Shown piece after piece: positions 1-11,475 of a stretch of 64,000 nt of DNA. This DNA is from Anaeramoeba ignava BMAN. Its lineage: Eukaryota; Protista; Anaeramoebae. Numbering within the stretch: position 1 is the first letter of the stretch; every line of letters begins with the position of its first letter. A program made the position numbers and the translations under genes. Under the pieces are notes generated by a model that was not told where the DNA came from, searched no databases, and worked only from the letters and a program-made list of their open reading frames with translations. The stretch is from contig JAPDFW010000066.1 of the NCBI GenBank assembly GCA_028826165.1, forward strand, positions 372,001-436,000. The letters are read 5' to 3'.

Positions 1-2
1 AT

Positions 3-1675
3 TTATCAAAAATCAATTTTTTTCAATCAAATTATGAAGAATCAAGAAAGTATTGTGAAAAGGCAATTGAAATGAAAGAAAACAACATTCCAATTAATTT
101 ATTATTATCATCAATTTACCTCAAAATTGGCGCAAATGAAAATTTATATCAAGCTTTAGAATTAGCCAAAAAAGCATTTAATTTATCAAAATCACAACCA
201 AAAATAGAAATGAGAAGAAAATGTGTTTTTTTAATTGCTCAAATTTATTATAAACAACAAGATTCAGTCAATTTCCAAAATTGGTGTGATGAAAATTTTG
301 ATTTTTCAAATCCTGGAGATTGTTTTGTTTACAGTCTTTATAATTTCCAATATGGAAATTATCAACAAATTGAAAAATATTTGAAATCATTTCTCAATTT
401 ATCTTCATTTACAAATAAATACTCAAAAAAACGGGAAGAATTATCGAGAAAAAGAAGAGATTTGGCAAATTTTCTATTAGTTATAATGGAAAAGAGAAAG
501 CAAAATTTCCAAAAAGCAATTAAAAGAGTAAACCAAATTAAACAAAGGGAAACTTATAAATTGCGGATAAATATTCAACTTGGAGATATTTATTTTCTTC
601 AGAACGATTTCGATAACGCAAAAAAATATTTTCTTGAATCTTTGCAAAATCTAAGCGATAATTCCTTAAAATACAATGTTTTATTCAGATTGGCTTGCAT
701 TTTTAAACAAATGGGAAATAATCAAGAAGTTTTGAATGTTCTTTCTGAAGTCAAAATTGAAAATATTTCAGATGATGAACTTCTATTCCAATTTGGATTA
801 CTCTACAAAGAAATGAATAATATTAAAGATGCAATTTTTTGTCTGGAAAAAGTTATCCAACAAAATGGGAAAAAATTAGAAACTTACATTTGCTTAGGAA
901 ATATTTTGGAAAAAAAGTATCTTTGGAAGCAATATAGATACTTAGTTTCGTATTTCTTGGAAAATGTTGAGGTTGAGGATCCTGATCAACATTTATCACT
1001 TAAGAAAATTCCCTATTTTGGAATTCATCCATCTATGTTTATTAATCAAGTTTTCAAAGATGAAAAACTCAACAAGAATTCCAAATTGAAAAAATTGAAA
1101 TTTTCAAGAACACGAAATTGACAGAACAATATGTGAATCTGGTGAATAAAATAAAATCATTGGATAGGACAAAATGGAATGTTCATGGTTTATTTCTTTT
1201 TAATAATTATATCACAATTGTGACAGAAAATTTCAAAAATACACAACCTTTGAATGAAGAGATAAAAATTAGTCTCAATTCAGTTGATTTGATGGAAATA
1301 TCTGTTTTGATTGCAGGAAATTTAAATAGACTATTGGATATGGATTGGGCACATGGTAATCTAGATATTCATGATATTCTTTTTTTCCCTCAATTTTTTA
1401 ACAGGAAATTAAGCCATTTTGAATTAAATTTTTCAAAATCACTTGGTTTAAGAAATTTTCAAACTGAAAATAACTTGAATAATTCAAAAAAAGCTGATTT
1501 GAAATGGTTTGAGCAAGTATTCTTGATTTTATCCCAAAAAACATCAAGAAAACCCAAATTTATTAATGATATTATTCAAGAATTCCGGAAACCAGAATCA
1601 AGTGTTGAAAATATAATAAAAATTTTAAAAGAAATTCTTTGGAAAGAATATAAAATTAGAATTAGGAAATTTTAA
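3..1675 (+). CDS. TPR-repeat protein with C-terminal kinase-like (probably pseudokinase) domain; 5'-truncated; one apparent frameshift near 1063-1067
   Basis: The frame of ORF 72..1121 is open back to base 3 and carries TPR-like helices (LGDIYFLQNDFDNAKKYFLESL; FGLLYKEMNNIKDAIFCLEKVI). The frame of ORF 1118..1675 is open from 1064. Joining at the A-run gives VFKDEK-TQQEFQIEKIE (kinase N-lobe-like), followed by WAHGNLDIHDILF, a degenerate HxDLKxxN loop. Confidence 0.6.
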
Positions 1676-1708
1676 AAGAAAAAGAAGGATTTATCAATTT
1701 ATTGTTTC

Positions 1709-4700
1709 TTAAAAAAAGAGTGCATGTTCAACTGCATTTGAAATTAACTTTCCTCCATTTGTTTTGCTATCCCATCCTTTTGGAATGGAGATTGTTGAAC
1801 AAGGAAAAATATTCAAAACAATAATTACTCCAGTTTTTCCTTGATATCCTTGAATAACTCTTTTTGTGATTAATGGATATCCATCACTCCATTTTGCAAG
1901 AATATCTCCTCCATTAACTTCATGACTTTTAATTCTAAATGAAGCATTTCCTCCATCAAAATTATCTACTCCTTCAATTATTTCATGTTTGAAACTTTTA
2001 TCAAGATATGATCTTTCATCTCTTGAAACAATTCCTTTTGATAAAGGAATTAATGAAACAAAATTCCCAACTAAATCTTTATTTGGATGTTGATTTGATA
2101 ATGAAAATGCTGAACAAATAACAATTTTTCCGCCCAATTTAACAAATAATTCCAAATTATCACTAAGTATTTTATTATTATTCCAATTATAATCCGAATA
2201 TAAAAACACAACATCATAATTTAATAATTCTTGGAACGTTGGTGTTGATATTTTTCCATTATATAACTTAACATTGCAATTTCCATTTGTTTGAATTGAA
2301 TTTTTCACATCATCTAAATAATCAATTCGATCATCTGATGCAACAATTAAAACATTGATCTATTTTTAATTTTTAATTTTAATTTTAATTTTGATTTTGA
2401 ATTTTAATTTGAATATAAAGAAAAAGAGAAAAAATTTTCTACTTCTTTAAAGGACAAAAATTGAATATTTGAGACTTGCAAAATTTCAAATTTGAAAGCA
2501 TGTTCAACTGCATTTGAAATTAATTTTCCTCCATTTGTTTTGATATCCCATCCTTTTGAAAAGGGAATTGTTGAAAAAGGAAAAATATTCAAAACAATAA
2601 TTACTCCAGTTTTTCCTTGATATCCTTGAATAACTCTTTTTGTGATTAATGGATATCCATCACTCCATTTTGCAAGAATATCTCCTCCATTAACTTCATG
2701 ACTTTTGATTCTAAATGAAGCATTTCCTCCATCGAAATTATCTACTCCTTCAATTATTTCATGTTTGTATCTTTTATCAAGATATGATCTTTCATCTCTT
2801 GAAACAATTCCTTTTGATAAAGGAATTAATGAAACAAAATTCCCAACTAAATCTTTATTTGGATGTTGATTTGATAATGAAAATGCTGAACAAATAACAA
2901 TTTTTCCACCTGATTTAACAAATAATTCCAAATTATCACTAAGTATTTTATTATTATCCCAATTATAATCCGAATATAAAAACACAACATCATAATTTAA
3001 TAATTCTTGAACTGTTGGTGTTGATATTTTTCCATTATATAACTTAACATTGCAATTTCCATTTGTTTGAATTGAATTTTTCACATCATCTAAATAATCA
3101 ATTCGATCATCTGATGCAACAATTAAAACATTGATCTATTTTTAATTTTTAATTTTTAATTTTGATTTTGATATAAAAAAGTTTTGTTTTTTTTTACTTT
3201 CTATTTATGGTTTTTTTTTATTAATAATAATAAGTATAATAATTTAAAAAATTCTTACTTGCTAAAAGAAAATAATTTTTGGATGAATGAATTAATAAAT
3301 GAATTTAAATTAATGTGAATTACATTGTTTAAAATACGAGTGAATCTGAATAAAGAGTTTTCTCTTTGATTTAAATCATTTTCCTTTTGAAATAAATTTC
3401 TTTCTTGTTGAAATATTTCTGTCTTCTTTTTATTCAAATGCTCTTTTTTTCTTTTTTGGTGATGTTTTTGCTTTTCGAGAGTTTTTTCTTTTTTTTCGAT
3501 CTTTTTGATTTTCTCAAGAATTTCAGGATCATCTTTTGTTTCTAATTTGCTGTTTTTTTTAATTAATTCATGCTTGGATTTTTGGAGATCCCTTTTTTGT
3601 TTAATTAATTCATCCTGTTTTTTTTTGACATCTTTTTCTTGAATTGATAACGATGATTCTTTGAGTTTTGCTTTGTTTTCTCTGAGATTTAGATTCTTTT
3701 CTTTTTTGTTTAATTGCGTTTGTTTTATGTTGAGATTGTAAATCTAATTTGTTTTTTTTTTGTTTGAAAAGAAGAAAATAAAAAGTTGGTTGTTTAAATT
3801 TTGGAAGTTGAAATTATAAAAAAAATAAATATCCTAAATTGAGCAACTAATTTACATTTTGGTTATATAATTCCATAACGATATCAATAGGAAAAAAAGA
3901 ATATTTTTGGATTTGAAACATTTGATAATCTGTAATTGGAAAAAGGCACTGGACTTGTTGCAATAAATTGAGAATTAAACGGGAAAATTCAAAATGAACT
4001 CCATTTGTATTTTGTGTTTGAACTGCTTTTCGGGATTTATGTTTATTATTTTCAGACCAGTTAATGATTAAATTAGGAATCAAATGAAGTTTGTTGGTTT
4101 TTTTATTTGCAAGAATCATTTCAATATAACAGACCAAGTCGTTTTGACTTATTGATGGAATTTGATCTTTTTGAATAAAATTATCGATATTGCTAACAAA
4201 GAAGTCTGAACAAAATTCATTAAGAAAATCGGATGAAACGAGTTTCGATTTCGAATAAAAATCAATCAAATTGTCTTGATTCAGTGCTTCTTGAATGTCT
4301 TTTTGGATTTTGAGCTTGAGTTTTTGCAAACATAATTGATCAGCAAAATTGAAATAATCAGAGAAAAATTCTAGATTTATTTGGATTTCTCCTGTATATA
4401 AAAACTGGATAATTGAATAAATAACCTCAAATGGGAAGTTTGCGAAAGTGATTGTGTTTTCATAAGTTTGTTTAAAAAGCAAATAGAAAAAATAACTTCT
4501 TGCACTTAAAACTGGTTTGTGACAATAAATGGGTTGGAGGTTTTCCCCAGCCAAAATTGTAAAATCAGAAAGCGCTTCTTGACTTTGAAGCATTGATTTG
4601 ATATTTTCTTTCCATTCAGAAAGAAGTAAATCATCAATTTGATTTTTTGATAATTGAATGAAGTTTTGGTTGGATGAAAAGTTCGTAGAAATTGGACTGT

Positions 4701-5712
4701 TTGATTGATTATCATTTTTTGGATCATTTTTTGGATCATTTTCTTGATCATTTTCTTGATCATTTTTTGGATCATTTTTTGGATCATTTTGAAGACTTGG
4801 TGTTAAATTTTGAGTTTCAATTATTGGATCATCTTCAGAAGTTTCACTATCTACTTCAGAAGTTTCAGAGGTTTCACTATCAATTTCTTTATAACTTTTG
4901 TTATCACTTTTGTTATCACTTTCTTTATCATTTTCTTTATCACTTTCTTTATAACTTCCTTTATCATTTTCAATTTGTTTTTTAATTAGTTTTTTATTTT
5001 CATTTTTAATTTCAATTTCTTTATCATTTTCTTTATCATTTTCTTTATCATTTTTATTTTTATTTTCATTTTCAGTTTCATTTTCAGTTTCATTTTCACT
5101 GTAAGTTTCACTCTCAGTTTCATTTTTAGTTTGATTCTGATTTTGATTTTGATTTTGATTTTGAGTTTGATTCTGATTTTGATTTTGATTTTTAGTTTCA
5201 TTTTTAGTTTCATTTTCATTTTCACTGTAAGTTTCACTCTTAGTTTCACTCTTAGTTTCATTTTTAGTTTGATTTTTAGTTTGATTTTGATTTTGATTTT
5301 GATTTTGATTTTGATTTTGATTTTGATTTTGATTTTGATTTTGATTTTGATTTTCACTGTAAGTTTCACTCTTAGTTTGATTTTCATTTGTTGGTTTTGT
5401 TGATAATTTTGTTGATTTTGTTGGTTTTGTTGGTTTTGTTGATTTTGATGATTTTGTGCTTTTTTTTGGCGGACTTTTGCTTTTGCTTTTGTTTTTGTTT
5501 TTTGTGCTTTTTTTTGGTGGACTTTTGCTTTTGCTTTTGCTTTTGTTTGTTTTAATGTTTGGAGCTGTTTTTGTTAAATTAATTTTTTTTTCTGAATGTG
5601 AATGTGGTTTTGGATGTGATTTATTTAAAGGTTTTTTGGGATGTAATTTGGAATTCGATGGTGAATTTGATTTATGTGAATGTTTTGGATTTGTATGTTT
5701 ATGTGAACTCAT
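1709..5712 (-). CDS. Multi-exon BTB/BACK protein: low-complexity N-terminus, BTB, coiled coil, two 3-nt microexons (Q, K), then two tandem copies of a ~217-aa alpha/beta domain
   Basis: Exons 5712-3856, 3743-3324, 3261-3259 (CAA), 3200-3198 (AAA), 3135-2476 and 2359-1709. All introns are GT..AG and phase 0, and they join ORFs 3847..5712, 3255..3437, 2404..3084 and 1709..2308 in frame. BTB signature SDFTILAG...CHKPVLSARSYFF. Confidence 0.7.
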
Positions 5713-5966
5713 TGTTTGTTTGTTTCTTTTTTTAAAAAATGAAAAAAATAAAAATAATAATTTTCTTCTTTTTTCCTCTTTTTCCTTTTTTTCCTCTTTT
5801 TCCTCTTTTTCCTTTTTTTTTAAAATTAGAAATTAAAATAAATTCATTTTTCTTTTTTAATTCTATTTTCAATTCAAAAGTATAAAATCAAAAAATCAAA
5901 AAATCAAAAATAAAAATAAAAAAATAAAAAGAGGATTTATTTTGCTTTTTTTTTTTTAATTAGAAA

Positions 5967-6647
5967 ATGGGAAACTTAGAAAGAAGTATTACTAAATATT
6001 CTAATAATCCAAATGAAAATCCATTATTAAGTGAGATGAATATAGTATTAAAAATGATGGGAAAAGAAGAAACTCCAATAATTGGATATCAAGAAGAAAT
6101 ATCAGAAGCACATATTCTTACACAAAAAAAATGGCGATATTCTGGAAAAAAATCAATAATAAGAATTAATTTTGGAAATGATAAAGAATCAAGAGATACT
6201 ATTTTTAATTTCATTTATTTTTTTGATCCAATAAAAATCAGTAAGAATTCAGTTACAATCCAAAAAAGAACTTATAATACCTCATATATAATCTACATGA
6301 CAAAAATCGATCCAGCTGCAATTTTTGATATAATGAATTCAAACCGAAATGAACAAGCAATTGCAAAATTCAGAACTTTTTTAAGTGGTGAAAATGTTCA
6401 AGTTAATAAACCACAAGAAAATTTGATTTCAAATGAAATTGATTTGGAAGAACCTTTAAATGTTATTCAAGATTTTGATGATCGAAATTCTAGTATACCA
6501 ATATGTAGAATTGAAAGAAAACCACTTCCTTCAACATGTTGTGGTTGTTGTGATGGAGGTGACTGGTGGAATGCTGATTATCCCATATATATTGATGGAG
6601 ATGGAGTTAGTTGGAAAAAGGAAAACACAACTATATGCGATTTTTAA
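5967..6647 (+). CDS. Hypothetical protein, 226 aa, Cys-rich near the C-terminus
   Basis: Uninterrupted ORF with AAAATG context, MG start and a CCGCCDGG motif. No family recognised. Confidence 0.6.
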   Translation: MGNLERSITKYSNNPNENPLLSEMNIVLKMMGKEETPIIGYQEEISEAHILTQKKWRYSGKKSIIRINFGNDKESRDTIFNFIYFFDPIKISKNSVTIQKRTYNTSYIIYMTKIDPAAIFDIMNSNRNEQAIAKFRTFLSGENVQVNKPQENLISNEIDLEEPLNVIQDFDDRNSSIPICRIERKPLPSTCCGCCDGGDWWNADYPIYIDGDGVSWKKENTTICDF

Positions 6648-6659
6648 GTTTTCATCTTT

Positions 6660-7480
6660 TATCAAAATCAAAATCAAAATCAAAATCAAAATTAAAATCA
6701 AAATTAAAATCAAAATTAAAATCAAAATCAAAATCAAAATCAAAATCAAAATCAAAATCAAAATCAAAATCAAAATCAAAATCAAAATTCAAATTAAAAT
6801 TAAAATCAAAATCAAAATTCAAATTAAAATCAAAATCAAAATCAAAATCAAAATTAAAATCAAAATTAAAATTAAAATTAAAATCAAAATTAAAATCAAA
6901 ATTAAAATCAAAATCAAAATTAAAATTAAAATCAAAATCAAAATCAAAATCAAAATCAAAATCAAAACTAAAATCAAAATCAAAATCAAAATTAAAATCA
7001 AAATCAAAATCAAAATTAAAATTAAAATCAAAATCAAAATCAAAATTAAAATTAAAATTAAAATCAAAATCAAAATTAAAATCAAAATTAAAATCAAAAT
7101 TAAAATCAAAATCAAATTTAAAATCCAAATTTAAAATCCAAATTAAAATTAAAAATTAAAATCAAAATCAAAATCAAAATCAAAATTAAAATTAAAATTA
7201 AAATCAAAATCAAAATCAAAATTAAAATCAAAATTAAAATCAAAATCAAATTTAAAATCCAAATTTAAAATCCAAATTAAAATTAAAAATTAAAATCAAA
7301 ATCAAAATCAAAATCAAAATTAAAATTAAAATTAAAATCAAAATCAAAATCAAAATTAAAATCAAAATTAAAATCAAAAATTAAAATTAAAATCCAAATC
7401 AAAATCAAAATCAAAATTAAAATTAAAATCAAAATCAAAATCAAAATTAAAATCAAAATCAAAATTAAAATCAAAAATTA
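6660..7480. repeat. (AAAATY)n hexamer satellite
   Basis: Tandem aaaatc/aaaatt units. The same satellite recurs at ~9270-9460, 11275-11430, 13310-13660 and, inverted, at ~15700-16015, 17870-18040 and 19935-20012. Confidence 0.95.
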
Positions 7481-7529
7481 AAATTCCAAAAACTATTTTT
7501 TCATTTTTTCATTTTTTTTCTTTTCAAAA

Positions 7530-9284
7530 ATGAATGATTGTTTATTTTTTGGAAGAAATAAATATCCAAAACTTATCAAAAATGAACCAAAAGAAATGAT
7601 AAAAAAACCAATTCAATTTAAATTTGAAAATGAAAATGAAAATGAAAAACAAATTAAACAAATTTCAACATGTTATTTTTCAACAATTTTCCTTTTTAAA
7701 AATGGAAAAGCAATAGAATATTTAAATTATTCAAAACAAAATCCTGAAAAAATCCAAATTGAAGAAAATATTCAAAAAGTAACTGTTGGTTATCAAAATG
7801 AAGCTATTTTAACAAAAGAAGGAAATGTATTTGCCAAAGGAGAAGATATTAATCCAGAAAATCCAAAAGAATTTATCAATATTTCATCATTAATTGAAGA
7901 TAAAAATGATAGAATAATTGAAGATATTGTTTCTGGATACGAATCAATTTACTTATTAACTTCAAATCAAAATGTTTATGGAATTGGTTCAAATCGATAT
8001 GGTCAACTTGGTTTTGATACTAAAGCACTCCAAAGAACAGAAAAACCAATTTCAATGATGAAAAATGTTTCTAAAATATTTTCAGGAAATTCTTCAAATC
8101 ATATTTTTCTTTTAAATTCAAATCAAGAATTATTTGGATTTGGAGATAATTATTATGAACAACTTGGATTAGGAAATTCAATACCAAAAACAAAGATTGA
8201 TAAATTAACCAAAATCCAAAATATTCCAAAAGGCAAAATAATTGATATTCAATGTGGAAATCTTTATTCAATAATGTTGATTGAAAATGAAAATCAAAAT
8301 CCAAAAAGAAAATTTTATTCAACTGGATACTATCTATATAATGGATTTGGCAAAATACAAGGCACAGATGAATTTACTGAAATCAAATCATCTTTATTTG
8401 ATAATGATAATATTCTTGATTTTTCTGTTGGGGATACACATACTTTGATTTTAACATCCGATTCAAAACTAATAGGATTTGGAAGTAATGATTACGGTCA
8501 ATTAGGAACTGGAAATAGGAAATATAAACCAATTCCAATTCAAATTGAACTTCCTAAATTAAGATTTAATGAAAATATTTACAATTATCATATTTACTGT
8601 GGATATCAAAAATCATTTCTTTATTATTCTCCTTCTTTTTCCAATCTTGAAGAAGATTTGATAAAACTATTTGAAAGAAAAGAATTTTGTAATATTTCAT
8701 TTAAAACCGAAAATGGAGAAATAATTAAAGCTCATAAATTAATATTGGAATATAGATTAAATCAAAATGAAATTGAAAAACTTCAAGAAATTATTTCAAA
8801 AAAATCAATTAAAGAATCAAATCAAATATTTGAAATGATTTATTCAAACAGAATAATAAATCCAAAATTATATTCTGAAATTAAAGAAATTATAAATTTA
8901 AATGAAAAAATTGAAGAAACAATGAAAAAAATTTATTTAAATGAAAATGAAAATGAAAAAGATTTTATTATTGAAAGAAAAGAAAAACAATATAAATTTC
9001 CAAAATTAATATTAATAATGAGAAGTGAATTATATCGAGGAATGTTTTTATCTGTAACAAATGATAAATCAAATAAAGTTACAGATTATAGTGAATTAAG
9101 TAATAAATCATTTGAAATATTTGAATATTGGATTTATTCAAATCAAATTAAAGAAGAAATTCAAATTACACAAGAAATAATTAATGAAATTAAAATTGGA
9201 ATTGATTATTTTCAATTAAATCAAACATATCCAAATTTATTTGATTTATTAATTAATAGATTTAATAATCAAAATCAAAATTAA
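7530..9284 (+). CDS. RCC1-repeat beta-propeller + BTB-like protein, copy 1 (no CaaX)
   Basis: RCC1 motifs GSNRYGQLG, SVGDTHTLIL and GSNDYGQLG. BTB-like IIKAHKLIL and FPKLILIMRSELYRGMF. Ends NQNQN. Confidence 0.9.
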   Translation: MNDCLFFGRNKYPKLIKNEPKEMIKKPIQFKFENENENEKQIKQISTCYFSTIFLFKNGKAIEYLNYSKQNPEKIQIEENIQKVTVGYQNEAILTKEGNVFAKGEDINPENPKEFINISSLIEDKNDRIIEDIVSGYESIYLLTSNQNVYGIGSNRYGQLGFDTKALQRTEKPISMMKNVSKIFSGNSSNHIFLLNSNQELFGFGDNYYEQLGLGNSIPKTKIDKLTKIQNIPKGKIIDIQCGNLYSIMLIENENQNPKRKFYSTGYYLYNGFGKIQGTDEFTEIKSSLFDNDNILDFSVGDTHTLILTSDSKLIGFGSNDYGQLGTGNRKYKPIPIQIELPKLRFNENIYNYHIYCGYQKSFLYYSPSFSNLEEDLIKLFERKEFCNISFKTENGEIIKAHKLILEYRLNQNEIEKLQEIISKKSIKESNQIFEMIYSNRIINPKLYSEIKEIINLNEKIEETMKKIYLNENENEKDFIIERKEKQYKFPKLILIMRSELYRGMFLSVTNDKSNKVTDYSELSNKSFEIFEYWIYSNQIKEEIQITQEIINEIKIGIDYFQLNQTYPNLFDLLINRFNNQNQN

Positions 9285-9508
9285 AATTAAAATCAAAATT
9301 AAAATTCAAATTAAAATCAAAATTAAAAATTAAATTCAAATTAAAATTAAAATTAAAATCAAAACCAAAATTAAAATTAAAATCAAAATTAAAATTAAAA
9401 TTAAAATTAAAATCAAAATCAAAATCAAAATCAAAACCAAAATTAAAATTAAAATTAAAATTCCAAAAATTATTTTTTCATTTTTTTCATTTTTTTTCTT
9501 TTTCAAAA

Positions 9509-11287
9509 ATGAATGATTGTTTATTTTTTGGAAGAAACCAAAATCCAAAACTTATCAAAAATGAACCAAAAGAAATGATAACAAAACCAATTCAATTTAA
9601 ATTTGAAAATGAAAATGAAAATGAAAATGAAAAACAAATTAAACAAATTTCAACATGTTATTTTTCAACAATTTTCCTTTTTGAAAATGGAAAAGCAATA
9701 GAATATTTAAATGAAAATGATTCAAATCAAAATCCTGAAAAAATCCATATTGAAAATATTCAAAAAGTAACTGTTGGTTATGAAAATGAAGCTATTTTAA
9801 CAAAAGAAGGAAATGTATTTGCCAAAGGAAAATATATTAATTCAAAAAATCCAAATGAATTTATCAATATTTCATCATTAATTGAAGATACAAATGATAG
9901 AATAATTCAAGATATTGTTTCTGGATCTCGTTCAATATACTTATTAACTTCAAATCAAAATGTTTATGGAATTGGTTCAAATCAAAATGGTCAACTTGGT
10001 TTTGATTCTGTAACATTTAAAGAAACAGAAAAATCAATTTTAATGATGAAAAATGTTTCTAAAATATTTTCAGGAAATTGTTCACATCTTGTTTTTCTTT
10101 TAAATTCAAATCAAGAATTATTTGGATGCGGAGATAATGAAGATGGTCAACTTGGATTAGGAAAATCAAGAAAAGAAACAAAAATCTCTGAATTAACCCA
10201 AATACAAACTATTCCAAAAGGCAAAATAATTGATATTCAATGTGGAAATTTTCATTCAATAATGTTGATTGAAAATCAAAATGAAAATCCAAAAAGAAAA
10301 CTTTATTCATGTGGAGATTATAGATATAATGGACTTGGCAAAAATGAAAAAACTTATGAATTTACTGAAATCAAATCATCTTTATTTGAAAATGATAATA
10401 TTATTCTTGAAATTTCTGTTGGATATAACCATACTTTGATTTTAACAATGAAAGGGAAATTAATTGGATTTGGAGGTAATTATTCTGGTCAATTAGGAAC
10501 TGGAGATACAAATAGTCAATTAATTCCTATTCAAATTGAACTTCCTAAATTAAGATTTAATGAAAATATTTACAATTATCATATTTATTGTGGATATTTC
10601 AATTCATTTCTTTATTATTCTCCTCCTCTTTCCAATCTTGAAGAAGATTTGATAAAACTATTTGGAAGAAAAGAATTTTGTAATATTTCATTTAAAACCA
10701 AAAATGGAGAAATAATTAAAGCTCATAAATTAATATTGAAATATAGATTAAATCAAAATCAAAATCAAATTGAAAAACTTCAAGAAATTATTTCAAAAAA
10801 ATCAATTAAAGAATCAAATCAAATATTTGAAATGATTTATTCAAACAGAATAATAAATCCAATATTATATTTTGAAATTAAAGAAATTATAAATTCAAAT
10901 GAAAAAATTGAAGAAACAATGAAAAGAATTTATTTAAATGAAAATGAAAATGAAAATGAAAAAGATTTTATAATTGAAAGAAAAGAAAAACAATATAAAT
11001 TTCCTAAATTAATATTAATAATGAGAAGTGAATTATATCGAGGAATGTTTTTATCTGTAACTGAAGATACTTCTAATAAAGTTACAGATTATAGTGAATT
11101 AAGTAATAAATCATTTGAAATATTTGAATATTGGATTTATTCAAATCAAATCAAAGATGAAATTGAAATTACACAAGAAATAATTAATGAAATTAAAATT
11201 GGAATTGATTATTTTCAATTAAATCAAACAAATCCAAATTTATTTGATTTATTAATTAACAAATTTAATAATCAAAATCAAAATTAA
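9509..11287 (+). CDS. RCC1-BTB protein, copy 2 (no CaaX)
   Basis: Intact 592-aa paralogue of copy 1. Confidence 0.9.
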   Translation: MNDCLFFGRNQNPKLIKNEPKEMITKPIQFKFENENENENEKQIKQISTCYFSTIFLFENGKAIEYLNENDSNQNPEKIHIENIQKVTVGYENEAILTKEGNVFAKGKYINSKNPNEFINISSLIEDTNDRIIQDIVSGSRSIYLLTSNQNVYGIGSNQNGQLGFDSVTFKETEKSILMMKNVSKIFSGNCSHLVFLLNSNQELFGCGDNEDGQLGLGKSRKETKISELTQIQTIPKGKIIDIQCGNFHSIMLIENQNENPKRKLYSCGDYRYNGLGKNEKTYEFTEIKSSLFENDNIILEISVGYNHTLILTMKGKLIGFGGNYSGQLGTGDTNSQLIPIQIELPKLRFNENIYNYHIYCGYFNSFLYYSPPLSNLEEDLIKLFGRKEFCNISFKTKNGEIIKAHKLILKYRLNQNQNQIEKLQEIISKKSIKESNQIFEMIYSNRIINPILYFEIKEIINSNEKIEETMKRIYLNENENENEKDFIIERKEKQYKFPKLILIMRSELYRGMFLSVTEDTSNKVTDYSELSNKSFEIFEYWIYSNQIKDEIEITQEIINEIKIGIDYFQLNQTNPNLFDLLINKFNNQNQN

Positions 11288-11475
11288 AATTAAAATTAAA
11301 ATTAAAATTAAAAATCAAAATCAAAATTAAATTTAAAATCAAAATCAAAACCAAAATTAAAATCAAAATTAAAATTAAAATTAAAATTAAAAATTAAATT
11401 AAAATTAAAATTAAAATCAAAATTAAAATTCCAAAAATTATTTTTTCATTTTTTCATTTTTTTTCTTTTTCAAAA

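Noticed and set aside
6460-7474. ORFs of poly-IK, SK, DF and IL, and similar ones at 4506-5836, 13238-13511, 36866-38344, 47139-47501 and 50458-50755
   Set aside because: They are translations of satellites, or antisense and alternative frames of real low-complexity coding sequence.
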